A stretch of DNA of 64,000 nt, from assembly GCA_965220645.1 (NCBI GenBank), contig OZ244836.1, forward strand, positions 1,152,237 through 1,216,236. Reading direction: 5' to 3'. Numbering within the stretch: the first letter of the stretch is position 1; each line of letters begins with the position of its first letter. Shown here piece by piece: positions 49,577 to 59,123 of the stretch. The DNA comes from Candidatus Aldehydirespirator sp. (GTDB taxonomy: Bacteria > Actinomycetota > Acidimicrobiia > Acidimicrobiales > Aldehydirespiratoraceae). The notes beneath the pieces are model-generated. The model did no database searches. It was given only the letters and a program-made list of their open reading frames with translations, and was not told the DNA's origin. Made by a program: the position numbers and the translations under genes.

Positions 49577-50524
49577 GTGGACGTACTTGACAACACGCTC
49601 CTCTCCGAAGTGTTCGTGGTCACCTGGATGGCGGGTGCCATCCGTCTCGCCGCGCCCGTGCTGATGGCCGCGTTGGGGGAGACCATCGGCGAAGTGTGTG
49701 GAGTGCTCAACGTCGGTATCGAGGGCACGATGCTCGTCGGCGCTCTTGCCGCGTTCGTTGCTGCCAACGAGACAGGCAGTCCCGTGTTCGCGCTCGTGAT
49801 GTCCGTGGGAGCGGGCCTGGCCGTCAGTCTCTTCCTCGCCTGGATGTATGTCACGGTCCAGGCGAGCCAAGTGGTCGTTGGGGTGGTGTTCAATGCGGCC
49901 GCCCTGGCCGCTGCGAGCTACACGTTCCGGGCGATCTACGGCAGCTCGCCCGGCATCTTGACTGTGTCGGGCTTCCGATCGATCGAGATCCCGCTTCTTC
50001 ACAAGATCCCCATACTCGGAGGCTCCGTGTTCACCCAGTCGCCGCTCACCTACGTCACCCTCGCCCTTGTCCTGGGTGTGTGGGTCATGCTGTACCGCAC
50101 CCGGCTGGGACTGTCCCTCCAAGCCGTCGGTGACCATCCGAAGATGGCTGACGCCGCGGGTCTCTCGGTTACGAGGCTTCGCTATCTGGGCGTTCTGGCC
50201 TCTGGAGCGTTCTCCGGATGTGCGGGCGGGTTCCTGCTGTTGACCGCCGCGCACACCTACCGCGACACGATCATCTCCGGCAAGGGGTTCATCGCCCTGG
50301 CGATTGTGATCTTCGGTGCTTGGAACCCGGCACGGGCGCTGTGGGCAGCTCTGATCTTCGGAGCTGCCGACGCCATGCAGGTGTCGTTGCAGGCGGCCGG
50401 TTACTCGTTCGTGCCTCAACTCATGTTCGCGCTGCCCTACTTGCTGACGATCGTCGCGGTCTCAGGACTCTTCAAGCGGCGTACCCAGCCGAATGCCCTT
50501 CTCCTGCCATACCGTCGCTCGTGA
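49577..50524 (+). CDS. ABC transporter permease
   Basis: GTG immediately follows the upstream stop. Polytopic membrane protein. Confidence 0.8.
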   Translation: MDVLDNTLLSEVFVVTWMAGAIRLAAPVLMAALGETIGEVCGVLNVGIEGTMLVGALAAFVAANETGSPVFALVMSVGAGLAVSLFLAWMYVTVQASQVVVGVVFNAAALAAASYTFRAIYGSSPGILTVSGFRSIEIPLLHKIPILGGSVFTQSPLTYVTLALVLGVWVMLYRTRLGLSLQAVGDHPKMADAAGLSVTRLRYLGVLASGAFSGCAGGFLLLTAAHTYRDTIISGKGFIALAIVIFGAWNPARALWAALIFGAADAMQVSLQAAGYSFVPQLMFALPYLLTIVAVSGLFKRRTQPNALLLPYRRS

Positions 50525-50545
50525 AAATCTTGACAGCCATCAGGG

Positions 50546-52210
50546 CTAGGCGCTGCGTACCTGGGCGGCGTCGGCGAGGCCGAGTTCGGCGATTGATTGC
50601 TCGCGCATCTTGAACTTCTGGACCTTGCCGGTGATGGTCATGGGGAAGGTGTCGGTGAACTTGAAGTAGCGAGGGACCTTGAAGTGGGCGATGGTTCCCC
50701 GGCAGAAGTCCTTGATGTCCTCCCCGGTGGTCTTGGCGCCGTCGCGCAGCTGGATCCAGGCCATGACCTCCTCGCCGTAGCGACTGTCGGGCACGCCGAT
50801 CACCTGCACGTCGACGATGTCGGGGTGGGTGTAGAGGAACTCCTCGATCTCGCGGGGGTAGACGTTCTCGCCACCCCGGATGATCATGTCCTTGATTCTT
50901 CCGACGATGTTGACATAGCCCTCGTCGTCCATGACCGCGAGGTCGCCGGTGTGCATCCAGCCGTCTGAGTCGATGGCCTCGACGGTGCGGGCCTCGTCGT
51001 TCCAGTAGCCCAGCATCACCGAATAGCCGCGAGTGAGAAACTCGCCGCTGGTGCCGCGGGGCACGGTCTCGCCGGTGGCGGGGTCGACGATGCGGATCTC
51101 GACGTGGGGGTGCACCCGACCCACCGTGGTGACGCGCTTCTCCAGTGGGTCGTCGGCTGATGTCTGGGTGGACACCGGAGACGTCTCAGTCATGCCGTAG
51201 GCGATGGTCACCTCGCTCATGTTCATCCGGTCCACCACCTGGCGCATCACCTCGATGGGGCACGGTGAGCCGGCCATGATCCCGGTGCGCAGCGACGACA
51301 AGTCATAGCTGGACAGGTCGGGCTCGCCGAGTTCGGCGATGAACATCGTGGGGACCCCGTACAGGCTGGTGCAGCGCTCGGCCGCGACAGCCCCCAGCGT
51401 GGCCGCGGCGTCGAAACCCGCGGCGGGGATCACCATGGCCGACCCGTGGGTGGTGCAGGCCAGGTTGGCCAGCACCATCCCGAAGCAGTGATAGAACGGC
51501 ACCGGGATGCACACCCGGTCAAGTTCTGTGTACCGGCAGGCCTCCCCAATGAACAGGCCGTTGTTCAAGATGTTGCGATGGCTCAACGTGGCGCCCTTGG
51601 GGAAGCCGGTGGTGCCGCTGGTGTACTGGATGTTGATGGCGTCGTCGGGCTCGAGTTGAGCGCTGCGTTGATCGAGTTGAGCCTGCGACACCGTCTCGGC
51701 CGCCTCCAGCAGCTCTTTCCAGTCGGCGGTGTGCAGGTACACCACCCGCTCGGCCGGCACCCGGTCCCAGACCTCATCGATCATCGAGCGGTAGTCGCTG
51801 ATCAGGAAGGCCTCCACGGCCACCAAGACCGAGATCTGTGACTGCTTGAGCACGTACTCGAGCTCCGAGGAGCGGTAGGCCGGATTGATCGTGACCAGGA
51901 TCGCTCCGATGCGGGCGGTGGCGTATTGCACCAGCACCCACTCCGCGTAGTTGATGCTCCAGATCCCCACGCGGTCGCCCTTGGCCACCCCGATGGCCAT
52001 CAACCCCCGGGCGACCCGATCGACCTCGTCGGCGAACTCGGCGTACGTATAGCGCAAACCCTGCTCAACGGAGACCAACGCATCTCGCTCGCCATGCGCC
52101 GCGACGGTTCTCGCCAGGTTCCGGGGGATCGTCTCGTCCAGCAGCGGCACCGAAGTCGGTCCCTTAGCGGCTGACATCGTCGTCACAGGGCCTCCTGCGC
52201 GATAGTTCAC
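50546..52210 (-). CDS. AMP-binding acyl-CoA synthetase (fatty-acyl-CoA ligase-like)
   Basis: AMP motif [18 protein letters not shown], plus GYGMTETS-like [20 protein letters not shown] and GKVQKFK. The start may be M12 (52177). Confidence 0.85.
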   Translation of the reverse strand: MNYRAGGPVTTMSAAKGPTSVPLLDETIPRNLARTVAAHGERDALVSVEQGLRYTYAEFADEVDRVARGLMAIGVAKGDRVGIWSINYAEWVLVQYATARIGAILVTINPAYRSSELEYVLKQSQISVLVAVEAFLISDYRSMIDEVWDRVPAERVVYLHTADWKELLEAAETVSQAQLDQRSAQLEPDDAINIQYTSGTTGFPKGATLSHRNILNNGLFIGEACRYTELDRVCIPVPFYHCFGMVLANLACTTHGSAMVIPAAGFDAAATLGAVAAERCTSLYGVPTMFIAELGEPDLSSYDLSSLRTGIMAGSPCPIEVMRQVVDRMNMSEVTIAYGMTETSPVSTQTSADDPLEKRVTTVGRVHPHVEIRIVDPATGETVPRGTSGEFLTRGYSVMLGYWNDEARTVEAIDSDGWMHTGDLAVMDDEGYVNIVGRIKDMIIRGGENVYPREIEEFLYTHPDIVDVQVIGVPDSRYGEEVMAWIQLRDGAKTTGEDIKDFCRGTIAHFKVPRYFKFTDTFPMTITGKVQKFKMREQSIAELGLADAAQVRSA

Positions 52211-52228
52211 CCTTCAGCACCCATAACG

Positions 52229-53335
52229 CTACGCCCAGCAGACTCGCTGACCGGTGAGCGGCGCGGCCTCGCCGCCGTTGAGGAGCCTCAGCCTGTCGGC
52301 GTCAACTCCGCCGAGCATCTCAGCAACCGAGGACCATGACGCCCCCTCGGGAGGCTCGACGCATTCCGCAAGATCCACGCTACGTTCCGCAGGCGATCCG
52401 GCAGTGAGCGCCGAGTTGATGTGGCGGGCGATCTCTTCGACGAGCGTGATGCCGGCGGTCTCGGTGGGGTTGTTGTCCGTCATCACCGTCATGGCGTAGG
52501 AGCCGCCCCAGGGGTCGCGGACCACTCCGGTGGTGCCCAGCCGCCACCCCGCGCCCGACATCGGGTAGAAGCCGTTCTTGAGCGCAGCCTCGTATCCGTT
52601 CGGGAGCCCGACGGTCACGCCCCAGCTCTGTGCCGGACTCACACCCGACATCCATTCCCATGCTTCCTGCACTGAGCCCTCATTGAGTGGTCCTCCGCCG
52701 ACAAGCAGCTGTTCCACCAGGCGTGTCCGATCCTCCGCGGTGGACAGCGTCCTGCCGTACCACGCGGTGTGGCTCGTGCCGACGATCCCGAAGCGCGTGT
52801 CCAGTTCCTCCATCCCGGCCGCGCTGCCGATCTCCAGGTAGAGCCTCGAGGTGGGCGGCCGGTTGTGGCTGTAGTGCATCATCAACTCGACGTCGGCGGC
52901 CTCGCGCTGGCTGAGTTGGCGGCCTTCCTCCTGGGCGGCGAGCAGTACGCCGGCCAGGACCTGGGCCTTGATGACGCTCGCGGTCGTGATCTCCAGGTCA
53001 CCGTTGAGCTTGTACCAGCAGCCCGTGCGGTGGTCATGGACGGCTGCTGTGAACCGGGCGCCGGGGTGAGCCTCCTCGATCTCGTCGATGAACGGCTTGT
53101 CGAACAGCCAGCTGCAACGACCGAGGGGTATGTAGTGAGGCGGCAGGAAGTTGCCGAGCTTGGGCAGGTCGGACCGGTCTCCGGACTCGGAGCCGCTTAC
53201 GGGCACAGGGCGCGCGTCGGCGACAGAGAGCGCGACGGTCCAAGTCATCACCAGCGCGGCCAGGACCGCGGCGGCCGCGCGCCGGGTGGGGATCCGTCTC
53301 GAATCGGACTCTTGTCGGGTAACGGGCATGTTCAT
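52229..53335 (-). CDS. secreted serine hydrolase, class A beta-lactamase-like
   Basis: Signal peptide, an S-x-x-K candidate ASVIK, and an SHN loop. A canonical KTG was not seen (LGTTG instead). Confidence 0.55.
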   Translation of the reverse strand: MNMPVTRQESDSRRIPTRRAAAAVLAALVMTWTVALSVADARPVPVSGSESGDRSDLPKLGNFLPPHYIPLGRCSWLFDKPFIDEIEEAHPGARFTAAVHDHRTGCWYKLNGDLEITTASVIKAQVLAGVLLAAQEEGRQLSQREAADVELMMHYSHNRPPTSRLYLEIGSAAGMEELDTRFGIVGTSHTAWYGRTLSTAEDRTRLVEQLLVGGGPLNEGSVQEAWEWMSGVSPAQSWGVTVGLPNGYEAALKNGFYPMSGAGWRLGTTGVVRDPWGGSYAMTVMTDNNPTETAGITLVEEIARHINSALTAGSPAERSVDLAECVEPPEGASWSSVAEMLGGVDADRLRLLNGGEAAPLTGQRVCWA

Positions 53336-53421
53336 TGGCAGGGCTGGCCGAGCCTAGGCAGTGCACAACCGCTGTGCCCGTGGGATTCCTGCCGGCAGGA
53401 AGTCTGTGCGAGACTGCCGGG

Positions 53422-54105
53422 GTGGCAGCGGTGATCGCGCATCGGGGCGCTAGCCAGGCCGCGCCCGAGAACACGGTGGAGGCCTTCCGGTTGGCTCGAG
53501 AATTCGGCGCCGACTGGGTGGAGCTCGATGTGCGCCGCACCACCGACGGCGTGGCCGTGGTCCACCATGACGCCCATCTGGCCGATGGGCGGCGGATCGG
53601 CCACCTCCACGCCGACGAACTGCCCGGCTACGTGCCCAGCCTGGCCGAGGCCTTGGAGGCCTGCGAGGGCATGGGAGTGCACCTCGAGATCAAGAACCTG
53701 CCCGATGATCCCGACTACGACAGCCAGAACCTCGTCGCCGACGCGGTGGCTGGTCTCATCGCTGCCTACCTCGGCCCCGAGCGGGCTGTGGTGTCGTCGT
53801 TCAACGTTGACGCGGCGGATGCGGTGCGGGCCGTCGATCCCGCTATCCGCACCGCGCTGATCTGCGGGATCGTGGCGCCCGCGCAGGCGGTGGCCCGGGC
53901 CGGCGCCCATGACATGGTGGCCGTGCATCCCTTCGACGCCATGTGCGACGCAGCATTCGTGCGCCGGGCCCACGACGCCGGACTCGCCGTGAACGTGTGG
54001 ACCATCAACGTCCGCGAGCGCATGTCGGAGCTGCTGACCATGGGCGTGGACGGCCTGATCACCGATGTGCCCGACCTGGCTCGTGCCCTAGTGGACGCGG
54101 CCTGA
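53422..54105 (+). CDS. glycerophosphodiester phosphodiesterase
   Basis: Contains VIAHRGASQAAPENT and ELDVRRTTDG. The start is uncertain: GTG 53422 is chosen, because ATG 53335 would abut the divergent gene start. Confidence 0.75.
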   Translation: MAAVIAHRGASQAAPENTVEAFRLAREFGADWVELDVRRTTDGVAVVHHDAHLADGRRIGHLHADELPGYVPSLAEALEACEGMGVHLEIKNLPDDPDYDSQNLVADAVAGLIAAYLGPERAVVSSFNVDAADAVRAVDPAIRTALICGIVAPAQAVARAGAHDMVAVHPFDAMCDAAFVRRAHDAGLAVNVWTINVRERMSELLTMGVDGLITDVPDLARALVDAA

Positions 54106-54131
54106 CCCGCCGCGTTGCGCAATCAGCAATA

Positions 54132-55043
54132 TCAGGGCAGGACCAGGCGCAGGGTTTCGGGTGCCCAGCGGATCCTGAGACGGGGCGCTACGCCGAGGTA
54201 GTCCCCGTCGGCTTGATATCCGACGGGCGGATCAGCGGTCACGGTCAGATCCCTCAGTCCCTCGTTCACCCTTGCGCCGGGCAACCCTCGCACGTCGCCC
54301 GAGCGCAGGGCCTTCAGCGCCACCGGCAGCAGCCGGTGTAGCGACAGGCTGGGCAGGGTCACTGCGACCAGGGGCTCGGCCAGTCCGAGGCCGGGCACGA
54401 GGTCGAAGCTGCGGCTGCCCAGGTAGGTGTAGGGGTTGAGGTTGAGCACGATCGTCAACAGGCCTTCGGCCAGCGTCTCGCCCTCGGCATCGTGCACCTG
54501 CATGGGTGGGCGGCGCCGGTTCGGCCTGTGCAACCAGGTGGTCACCGCGGCATAGATGAACAGGGGATGCCCGGCCCAGCGCTTGAGCGGGCCGCGGCTC
54601 TCGACCTTCTCCACCACCGCCGCGTCGAATCCGATGCCGCAGTGGAACAGGAAGTAGCGCCCGTCAACGACCCCGAGTCCGATCCTGGCGATGGCGCCCC
54701 GGTCGAGGGCGTCGAGGAGCTGGCCGGCGGCTTCTATCGGGTCGTCGGGCAGGCCGATGATGCGGGCGAACACGTTGGTGCTTCCTCCCGGCAGGGCTGC
54801 CAGGGCGGTGTCGGTGCCGGCCAGGCCGTTGGCGGCCTCATTGAGCGTGCCGTCCCCGCCCAGCACCACGACGACATCGATGCCGTCGGAGGCGGCCGAC
54901 CGGGCCAGCCGCGTGGCGTGGCCGCGCCGGACGGTCTCGGCCAGCGTCACCTCATGGTCGGCCGACAGCGCCTTCTGGATCACCACCCGGCGCCGCCCGG
55001 TCACCGACGAGGCGGCCGAGTTCACCAGTAGCAGCACTCGCAT
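54132..55043 (-). CDS. diacylglycerol kinase family lipid kinase (YegS/DagK-like)
   Basis: Starts MRVLLLVNSAASS and contains VVVLGGDGTLNEAANGL. The start at 55043 was confirmed as ATG on the reverse strand. Confidence 0.8.
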   Translation of the reverse strand: MRVLLLVNSAASSVTGRRRVVIQKALSADHEVTLAETVRRGHATRLARSAASDGIDVVVVLGGDGTLNEAANGLAGTDTALAALPGGSTNVFARIIGLPDDPIEAAGQLLDALDRGAIARIGLGVVDGRYFLFHCGIGFDAAVVEKVESRGPLKRWAGHPLFIYAAVTTWLHRPNRRRPPMQVHDAEGETLAEGLLTIVLNLNPYTYLGSRSFDLVPGLGLAEPLVAVTLPSLSLHRLLPVALKALRSGDVRGLPGARVNEGLRDLTVTADPPVGYQADGDYLGVAPRLRIRWAPETLRLVLP

Positions 55044-55190
55044 TCGCCCAGTCTGTCTGCTCGCGGGCCCGGCGCGCCTAGAGACCGATCCGCGAGGCCA
55101 CTGAACAGCGCGGTACAAGCGAGGAAGAAGGCGACGATTTGTCGGCGAGCGAGGTTCGATTCCGGCCGTGCGCTGGCACACTTGGCGCCC

Positions 55191-55970
55191 ATGAAGGTTG
55201 TCGTTTGCGTGAAGCAGATCCCCGATCCCGCCGATCCCGGCGCGCTGGACCCCGAGACTAGGACGCTGCGGCGCGACGTGAAGCTAATCCTCGACGAATC
55301 CGACTCCTACGGGGTGGAGATGGCCCTGCAGCTGGTGGACACCGCCGGCGAGGGCTCCGTGCACCTGGTCTCCATGGTGCCCAACGCCGAGGTGAGCGGC
55401 CTGCGCACCGCCCTGGCCATGGGCGCCGACTCGGCCACGCTCATCAGTGACGAGGCGCTGGCCGGCTCCGACGCCCTGGGCACGTCCCGCGTGCTCGCTG
55501 CGGCCATCGAGAGGACCGAGCCCGATCTGGTGCTGGCCGCCACGGAGTCCAGCGACGGCTACACCGGCGTCGTGCCCGCCCAGCTGGCCGAGCTGCTCGG
55601 CCTGCCCTCGGTGACGTTCGCCAAGGAGATTGCCGTTGACGGCGACGCGGCCACGGTTCGCCGCCAGACCGAGGCCGGTGCCGACGTTGTCGAGTGCCCG
55701 TTGCCCGCAGTGGTGTCGGTGACGGCCGGAGTGGTCGAGCCCCGGTACCCGTCGTTCCGGGGGATCATGCAGGCCAAGAACAAGCCGGTCGACCAGCTGA
55801 AGATCGCTGATCTGGGCATCGCCCCCGAGCGCGTGGGCTGGGCTGGAGCGGGCCAGGAGATCACTGATGTCGCCGAGGCTCCCGAGCGGGCCGCGGGCGA
55901 GGTCGTGGTGGACGAGGGCGACGCCCACGAACGCATCGTCGCCTTCCTCGACGAACTCAAGGTGATATAG
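55191..55970 (+). CDS. etfB: electron transfer flavoprotein beta subunit
   Basis: Starts MKVVVCVKQIPD; typical EtfB length and position upstream of etfA. Confidence 0.9.
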   Translation: MKVVVCVKQIPDPADPGALDPETRTLRRDVKLILDESDSYGVEMALQLVDTAGEGSVHLVSMVPNAEVSGLRTALAMGADSATLISDEALAGSDALGTSRVLAAAIERTEPDLVLAATESSDGYTGVVPAQLAELLGLPSVTFAKEIAVDGDAATVRRQTEAGADVVECPLPAVVSVTAGVVEPRYPSFRGIMQAKNKPVDQLKIADLGIAPERVGWAGAGQEITDVAEAPERAAGEVVVDEGDAHERIVAFLDELKVI

Positions 55971-55981
55971 GAGGCCCAGCC

Positions 55982-56953
55982 ATGACACTTGACAAGATCT
56001 GGGTGTTCTGTGAGGCCGGCGACGACGGCGTGGCCACGATCACGCTCGAGATGCTGGCCAAGGCCCGGGAGGTGGCCGGCACCGTTGAGGTGTTCTGCGG
56101 GGGAGACGGCGCGGCTTGCGCGGCCGAGCTCGGCGACCACGGGGTCACCGCGGTGTACGCCACCGGCGATCTCGACGGGCGCATGAAGGGCGTGTCGGTC
56201 GCCTCGGCGGTGGCCGCAGCCATCTCCGACGGCAGTGTGGCCGCGCCTGACGCCTTCCTGCTGGGCACCACCTACGACGGACGCGACGTGGCCGCCCGGT
56301 TGTCGGTGAAGCTGGACGTCAGCGTGCTGTCGAATGTCGTCGACCTCCGCCTCGACTCCGACCGCCTGGTGGGCGTCGAGCCGGTGTTCGGCGGGACGCT
56401 GAACGTGACCTCGCGGTTCACCGACGGCGGCCCCGACATCTGGCTGGTCCGCCCGAAGTCATTCGAGCCGTCGCCGGTCGGCGGTTCGCCCGCGGAGGTC
56501 GTGGACCTGCCCGTTCCCGAGTTGGGCGCGGCCGGAGGCGCGGTGGTCCGGGACCGCTTCACCGAGGAGTCCGAGGGCCCCAAGCTCGACGAGGCCGCCA
56601 TCGTGGTCTCCGGCGGACGGGGGCTTGGCTCGGCGGACGCGTACTCCATGATCGAGGGCCTGGCCAAGCAGCTAGGGGCCGCACCGGGAGCCAGCCGGGC
56701 CATCGTCGATGCGGGTTGGGTGCCCTACAGCTACCAGGTCGGCCAAACCGGCAAGGTGGTCAAGCCCACCGTCTACATCGCCTGCGGCATCTCGGGCGCC
56801 ACCCAGCACTTGGTGGGCATGAAGGGGTCCAAGAACATCATCGCCATCAACAAGGACTCCGAGGCCCCGATCTTCGCGGTGGCCGATCTCGGAATCGTGG
56901 GCGATGTGCACAAGGTGCTGCCCAAGCTCACCGAGGCTCTGGAAGGCCGCTAG
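55982..56953 (+). CDS. etfA: electron transfer flavoprotein alpha subunit
   Basis: C-terminal FAD-binding region [39 protein letters not shown]. Confidence 0.9.
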   Translation: MTLDKIWVFCEAGDDGVATITLEMLAKAREVAGTVEVFCGGDGAACAAELGDHGVTAVYATGDLDGRMKGVSVASAVAAAISDGSVAAPDAFLLGTTYDGRDVAARLSVKLDVSVLSNVVDLRLDSDRLVGVEPVFGGTLNVTSRFTDGGPDIWLVRPKSFEPSPVGGSPAEVVDLPVPELGAAGGAVVRDRFTEESEGPKLDEAAIVVSGGRGLGSADAYSMIEGLAKQLGAAPGASRAIVDAGWVPYSYQVGQTGKVVKPTVYIACGISGATQHLVGMKGSKNIIAINKDSEAPIFAVADLGIVGDVHKVLPKLTEALEGR

Positions 56954-57005
56954 GCCCGCCCGAGGTCTTTGGGCTCGCCAAGCCTCCGGAAGCGATTCTC
57001 GGGGC

Positions 57006-57767
57006 CTAGACCAGCGGCCAGGGCCAGCGATGGCCGTGGCCGTCGGAGGGGAACCGGCCCGCAGCCACCAACGCCTCGATTCGGGCCAGGGTGGCGTCTC
57101 CCTCCTGAGCGGTGAGGGTCACGGCCAGCGGCTCGGGCAAGCCGGTGCCCAGCAGAGCCTGCAGGTCCCGGTTCATGTCGTCGGGCAATTCTTCACCGGC
57201 GAAGTCCCAGATCACGGTGCGCAGCTTGAACTGGGCATGGAACGAGAGGCCGTTGTCGATGGCCCAGATGGTGCCGTCGGTTCCGAGCAGGCAGTGGCCC
57301 GACTTGCGGTCGGTGTTGTTGATCACGATGTCGAGCGCGCAGATGCGCTCGAGTTGGGGCCTGAGCCGCTCGTGTTCCACCAGCGTGAAGTAGTGCTCCT
57401 CGAAGTGTGCGGGCATGAACAGCTGCAGCGACCCCTCGTCGAAGGGCAGGTCCTCGCGCACCACGGTGGGGGGCACCACATCCCACCGGAGTGCGGCGTC
57501 GACCTGGAAGGCGCCAGCCTCGCGGTGGGCCAGGCCCGGGGGGAAGTCCCACAGCGGCCGCTCGCCCCGCAGTGGCTTGTAGACGGCCTGGGCGTCGAGT
57601 CCCTCGTGGGTCACGTCCACCAGGAAGGTCGCATTGGAGCTGTAGGGCATCCGTCCCCTGAGCTCTACGTCGCCGCCGGCCAGCAAGGCCAGGGCACGGC
57701 CGGTCTCGATGGGGGGGCGGTCCCGGATGGGGGACTGGCGCGCCGTGTCGTCGGTGCCGGCCGCCAT
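57006..57767 (-). CDS. SCO1664 family protein (PI3/4-kinase-like fold)
   Basis: Contains YSSNATFLV, VYKPLRGERPLWDFP and NNTDRKSGHCL...AIDNGLSFH, as I recall for TIGR03843-type proteins. Confidence 0.7.
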   Translation of the reverse strand: MAAGTDDTARQSPIRDRPPIETGRALALLAGGDVELRGRMPYSSNATFLVDVTHEGLDAQAVYKPLRGERPLWDFPPGLAHREAGAFQVDAALRWDVVPPTVVREDLPFDEGSLQLFMPAHFEEHYFTLVEHERLRPQLERICALDIVINNTDRKSGHCLLGTDGTIWAIDNGLSFHAQFKLRTVIWDFAGEELPDDMNRDLQALLGTGLPEPLAVTLTAQEGDATLARIEALVAAGRFPSDGHGHRWPWPLV

Positions 57768-57897
57768 GGCTAGCAGGCCGGTGAGGCCAGCTTCGGATTG
57801 GTGCTCAGTTGTGGCACAGGCATGTCTCGCGAGTCTGGCTCATAAAGCGGGATCGGCGGCATCATCTTCGTGAATTGCAGCATCTTCGGCGAGACAC

Positions 57898-58386
57898 CTA
57901 GTTGTGGCACGGGCACCAGTCTCCGTTGAACGGCTCCAACGGGCGCAGGCAATAGGGGCATGGAGGTCGGCCGGCGGCAACCACGGCACGGGCCCGACTC
58001 ACCAGCGCCCTGACCTGGGGGCGGGTCAGGGCGAACCGAGCCGAGGCTCCCGTGTCGTCGGAATCCTCGACCAGCTCCTCGGCCACGAGGATCACCCGGC
58101 CCTCCTCCTGGTTGTAGGCGATTCCCAAGGCGCCGATCGTCCATGCCTCCACCACGGGCTCGCGCATGTCAAGGTCGCCGGGAGGGTCTGGTTCCTCGGC
58201 TTCGGGCAGTTCTCGCAGCACCCGCTCCAGGTACTCGGCCAGTGCGGCCGCTTGGCGCTTCTCGAACTTGAGCGACACCAGTTCGCCCCCGGCCAGGCAC
58301 TGAAGGTAGAAGACCCGCTCGCCCTTGGGACCGAGCGTGCCCACGGTGAGCATCTCGACCTCCTCGAAGTGGAACGACTCGCTCAT
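57898..58386 (-). CDS. DUF3090 domain-containing protein
   Basis: Contains FHFEEVEMLTVGTLGPKGERVFYLQ and the C-terminal Cys cluster CPYCLRPLEPFNGDWCPCHN. Confidence 0.7.
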   Translation of the reverse strand: MSESFHFEEVEMLTVGTLGPKGERVFYLQCLAGGELVSLKFEKRQAAALAEYLERVLRELPEAEEPDPPGDLDMREPVVEAWTIGALGIAYNQEEGRVILVAEELVEDSDDTGASARFALTRPQVRALVSRARAVVAAGRPPCPYCLRPLEPFNGDWCPCHN

Positions 58387-58405
58387 CGACGCTGGTGGCT
58401 CGCGC

Positions 58406-59086
58406 TCACGACGGGCGTAGCGAAGTCAGGTCGTCACCGGTGTTGTTCACCGTGAGGAGCATCGGACCGGCGGGGTGGTAGGCGATGGCGGTGACCGAGC
58501 ACGGCGAGATCACGATCCGCTGGAACAGGTCTAACGGCGTGCCGGCCGCGGCCGCGGCGACCGCCTTGATCACGTCGGCGTGGGACACGGCCACCACGGT
58601 CTCGCCGGCGTGGCGGGCACAGATGGCGGCCACCGCGTCGAGGGCGCGGGCTTGCATCTCGGCGAACGACTCCCCGCCGGGGAAGCGGAACCCGCTGGGA
58701 TGGCGCTGCACCGTGGTCCACTCCTTGCGCCGGCTCAGGTTCTTGAGCTTGCGCCCCGTCCACCGGCCGAAGTCGCACTCGATGAGCCCCGGGCTCCGTC
58801 GTACCCGCAGCCTGCAGGCCCGGGCGATGGGTGTGGCCGTCTCGACGGTGCGCTCCATCGGCGAGGCATAGACCGCCTTGACCCGGTCGAGCCCGGCCAG
58901 CCGCTCGGCCACCCGGCGAGCCTGTTCGGCACCCTCGGGCGCCAGGTGGAGCCCGGGAGCCCGGCCCGGAAGCACCGATCCCGTGGTCGGCGTCTGCCCG
59001 TGGCGCACGAACAGCACGACGGCGACGGCCTCGGCGCCGTCCTTGGGAGCGGTCTCGGCCGAACTGGGTGCGGAACTGGTGGCCAT
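58406..59086 (-). CDS. histidine phosphatase family protein (MSMEG_4193-type putative phosphomutase)
   Basis: Contains LFVRHGQT (RHG motif) and VAVSHADVI. The start is taken at MATSS (59086); upstream in-frame Met codons would run into the neighbouring cassette leader. Confidence 0.7.
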   Translation of the reverse strand: MATSSAPSSAETAPKDGAEAVAVVLFVRHGQTPTTGSVLPGRAPGLHLAPEGAEQARRVAERLAGLDRVKAVYASPMERTVETATPIARACRLRVRRSPGLIECDFGRWTGRKLKNLSRRKEWTTVQRHPSGFRFPGGESFAEMQARALDAVAAICARHAGETVVAVSHADVIKAVAAAAAGTPLDLFQRIVISPCSVTAIAYHPAGPMLLTVNNTGDDLTSLRPS

Positions 59087-59110
59087 GGTGCTTGTCAACG
59101 TAGCCTGATC

Positions 59111-59123
59111 GTCCGTGGAGTCC
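59111..59123. repeat. 13-bp direct repeat, left copy, bordering the PHP-ATPase cassette
   Basis: gtccgtggagtcc is identical to 63197..63209. Confidence 0.9.

Noticed and set aside
55153-55163. GGTTCGATTCC, the canonical tRNA T-arm/T-loop sequence, in the dagK-etfB intergenic region
   Set aside because: The flanking bases give only 2 bp of T-stem pairing. I could not build an acceptor stem, anticodon arm or CCA-compatible 3-prime end on either strand. It is at most a tRNA relic and more likely chance.
56949-57009. Imperfect inverted repeat ctaggcccgcccgag ... ctcggggcctag between etfA and the convergent SCO1664 gene
   Set aside because: The arms are imperfect with an internal bulge, the loop is ~35 nt, and both arms include the two genes' stop codons. 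This is plausibly coincidental and not reported as a terminator.
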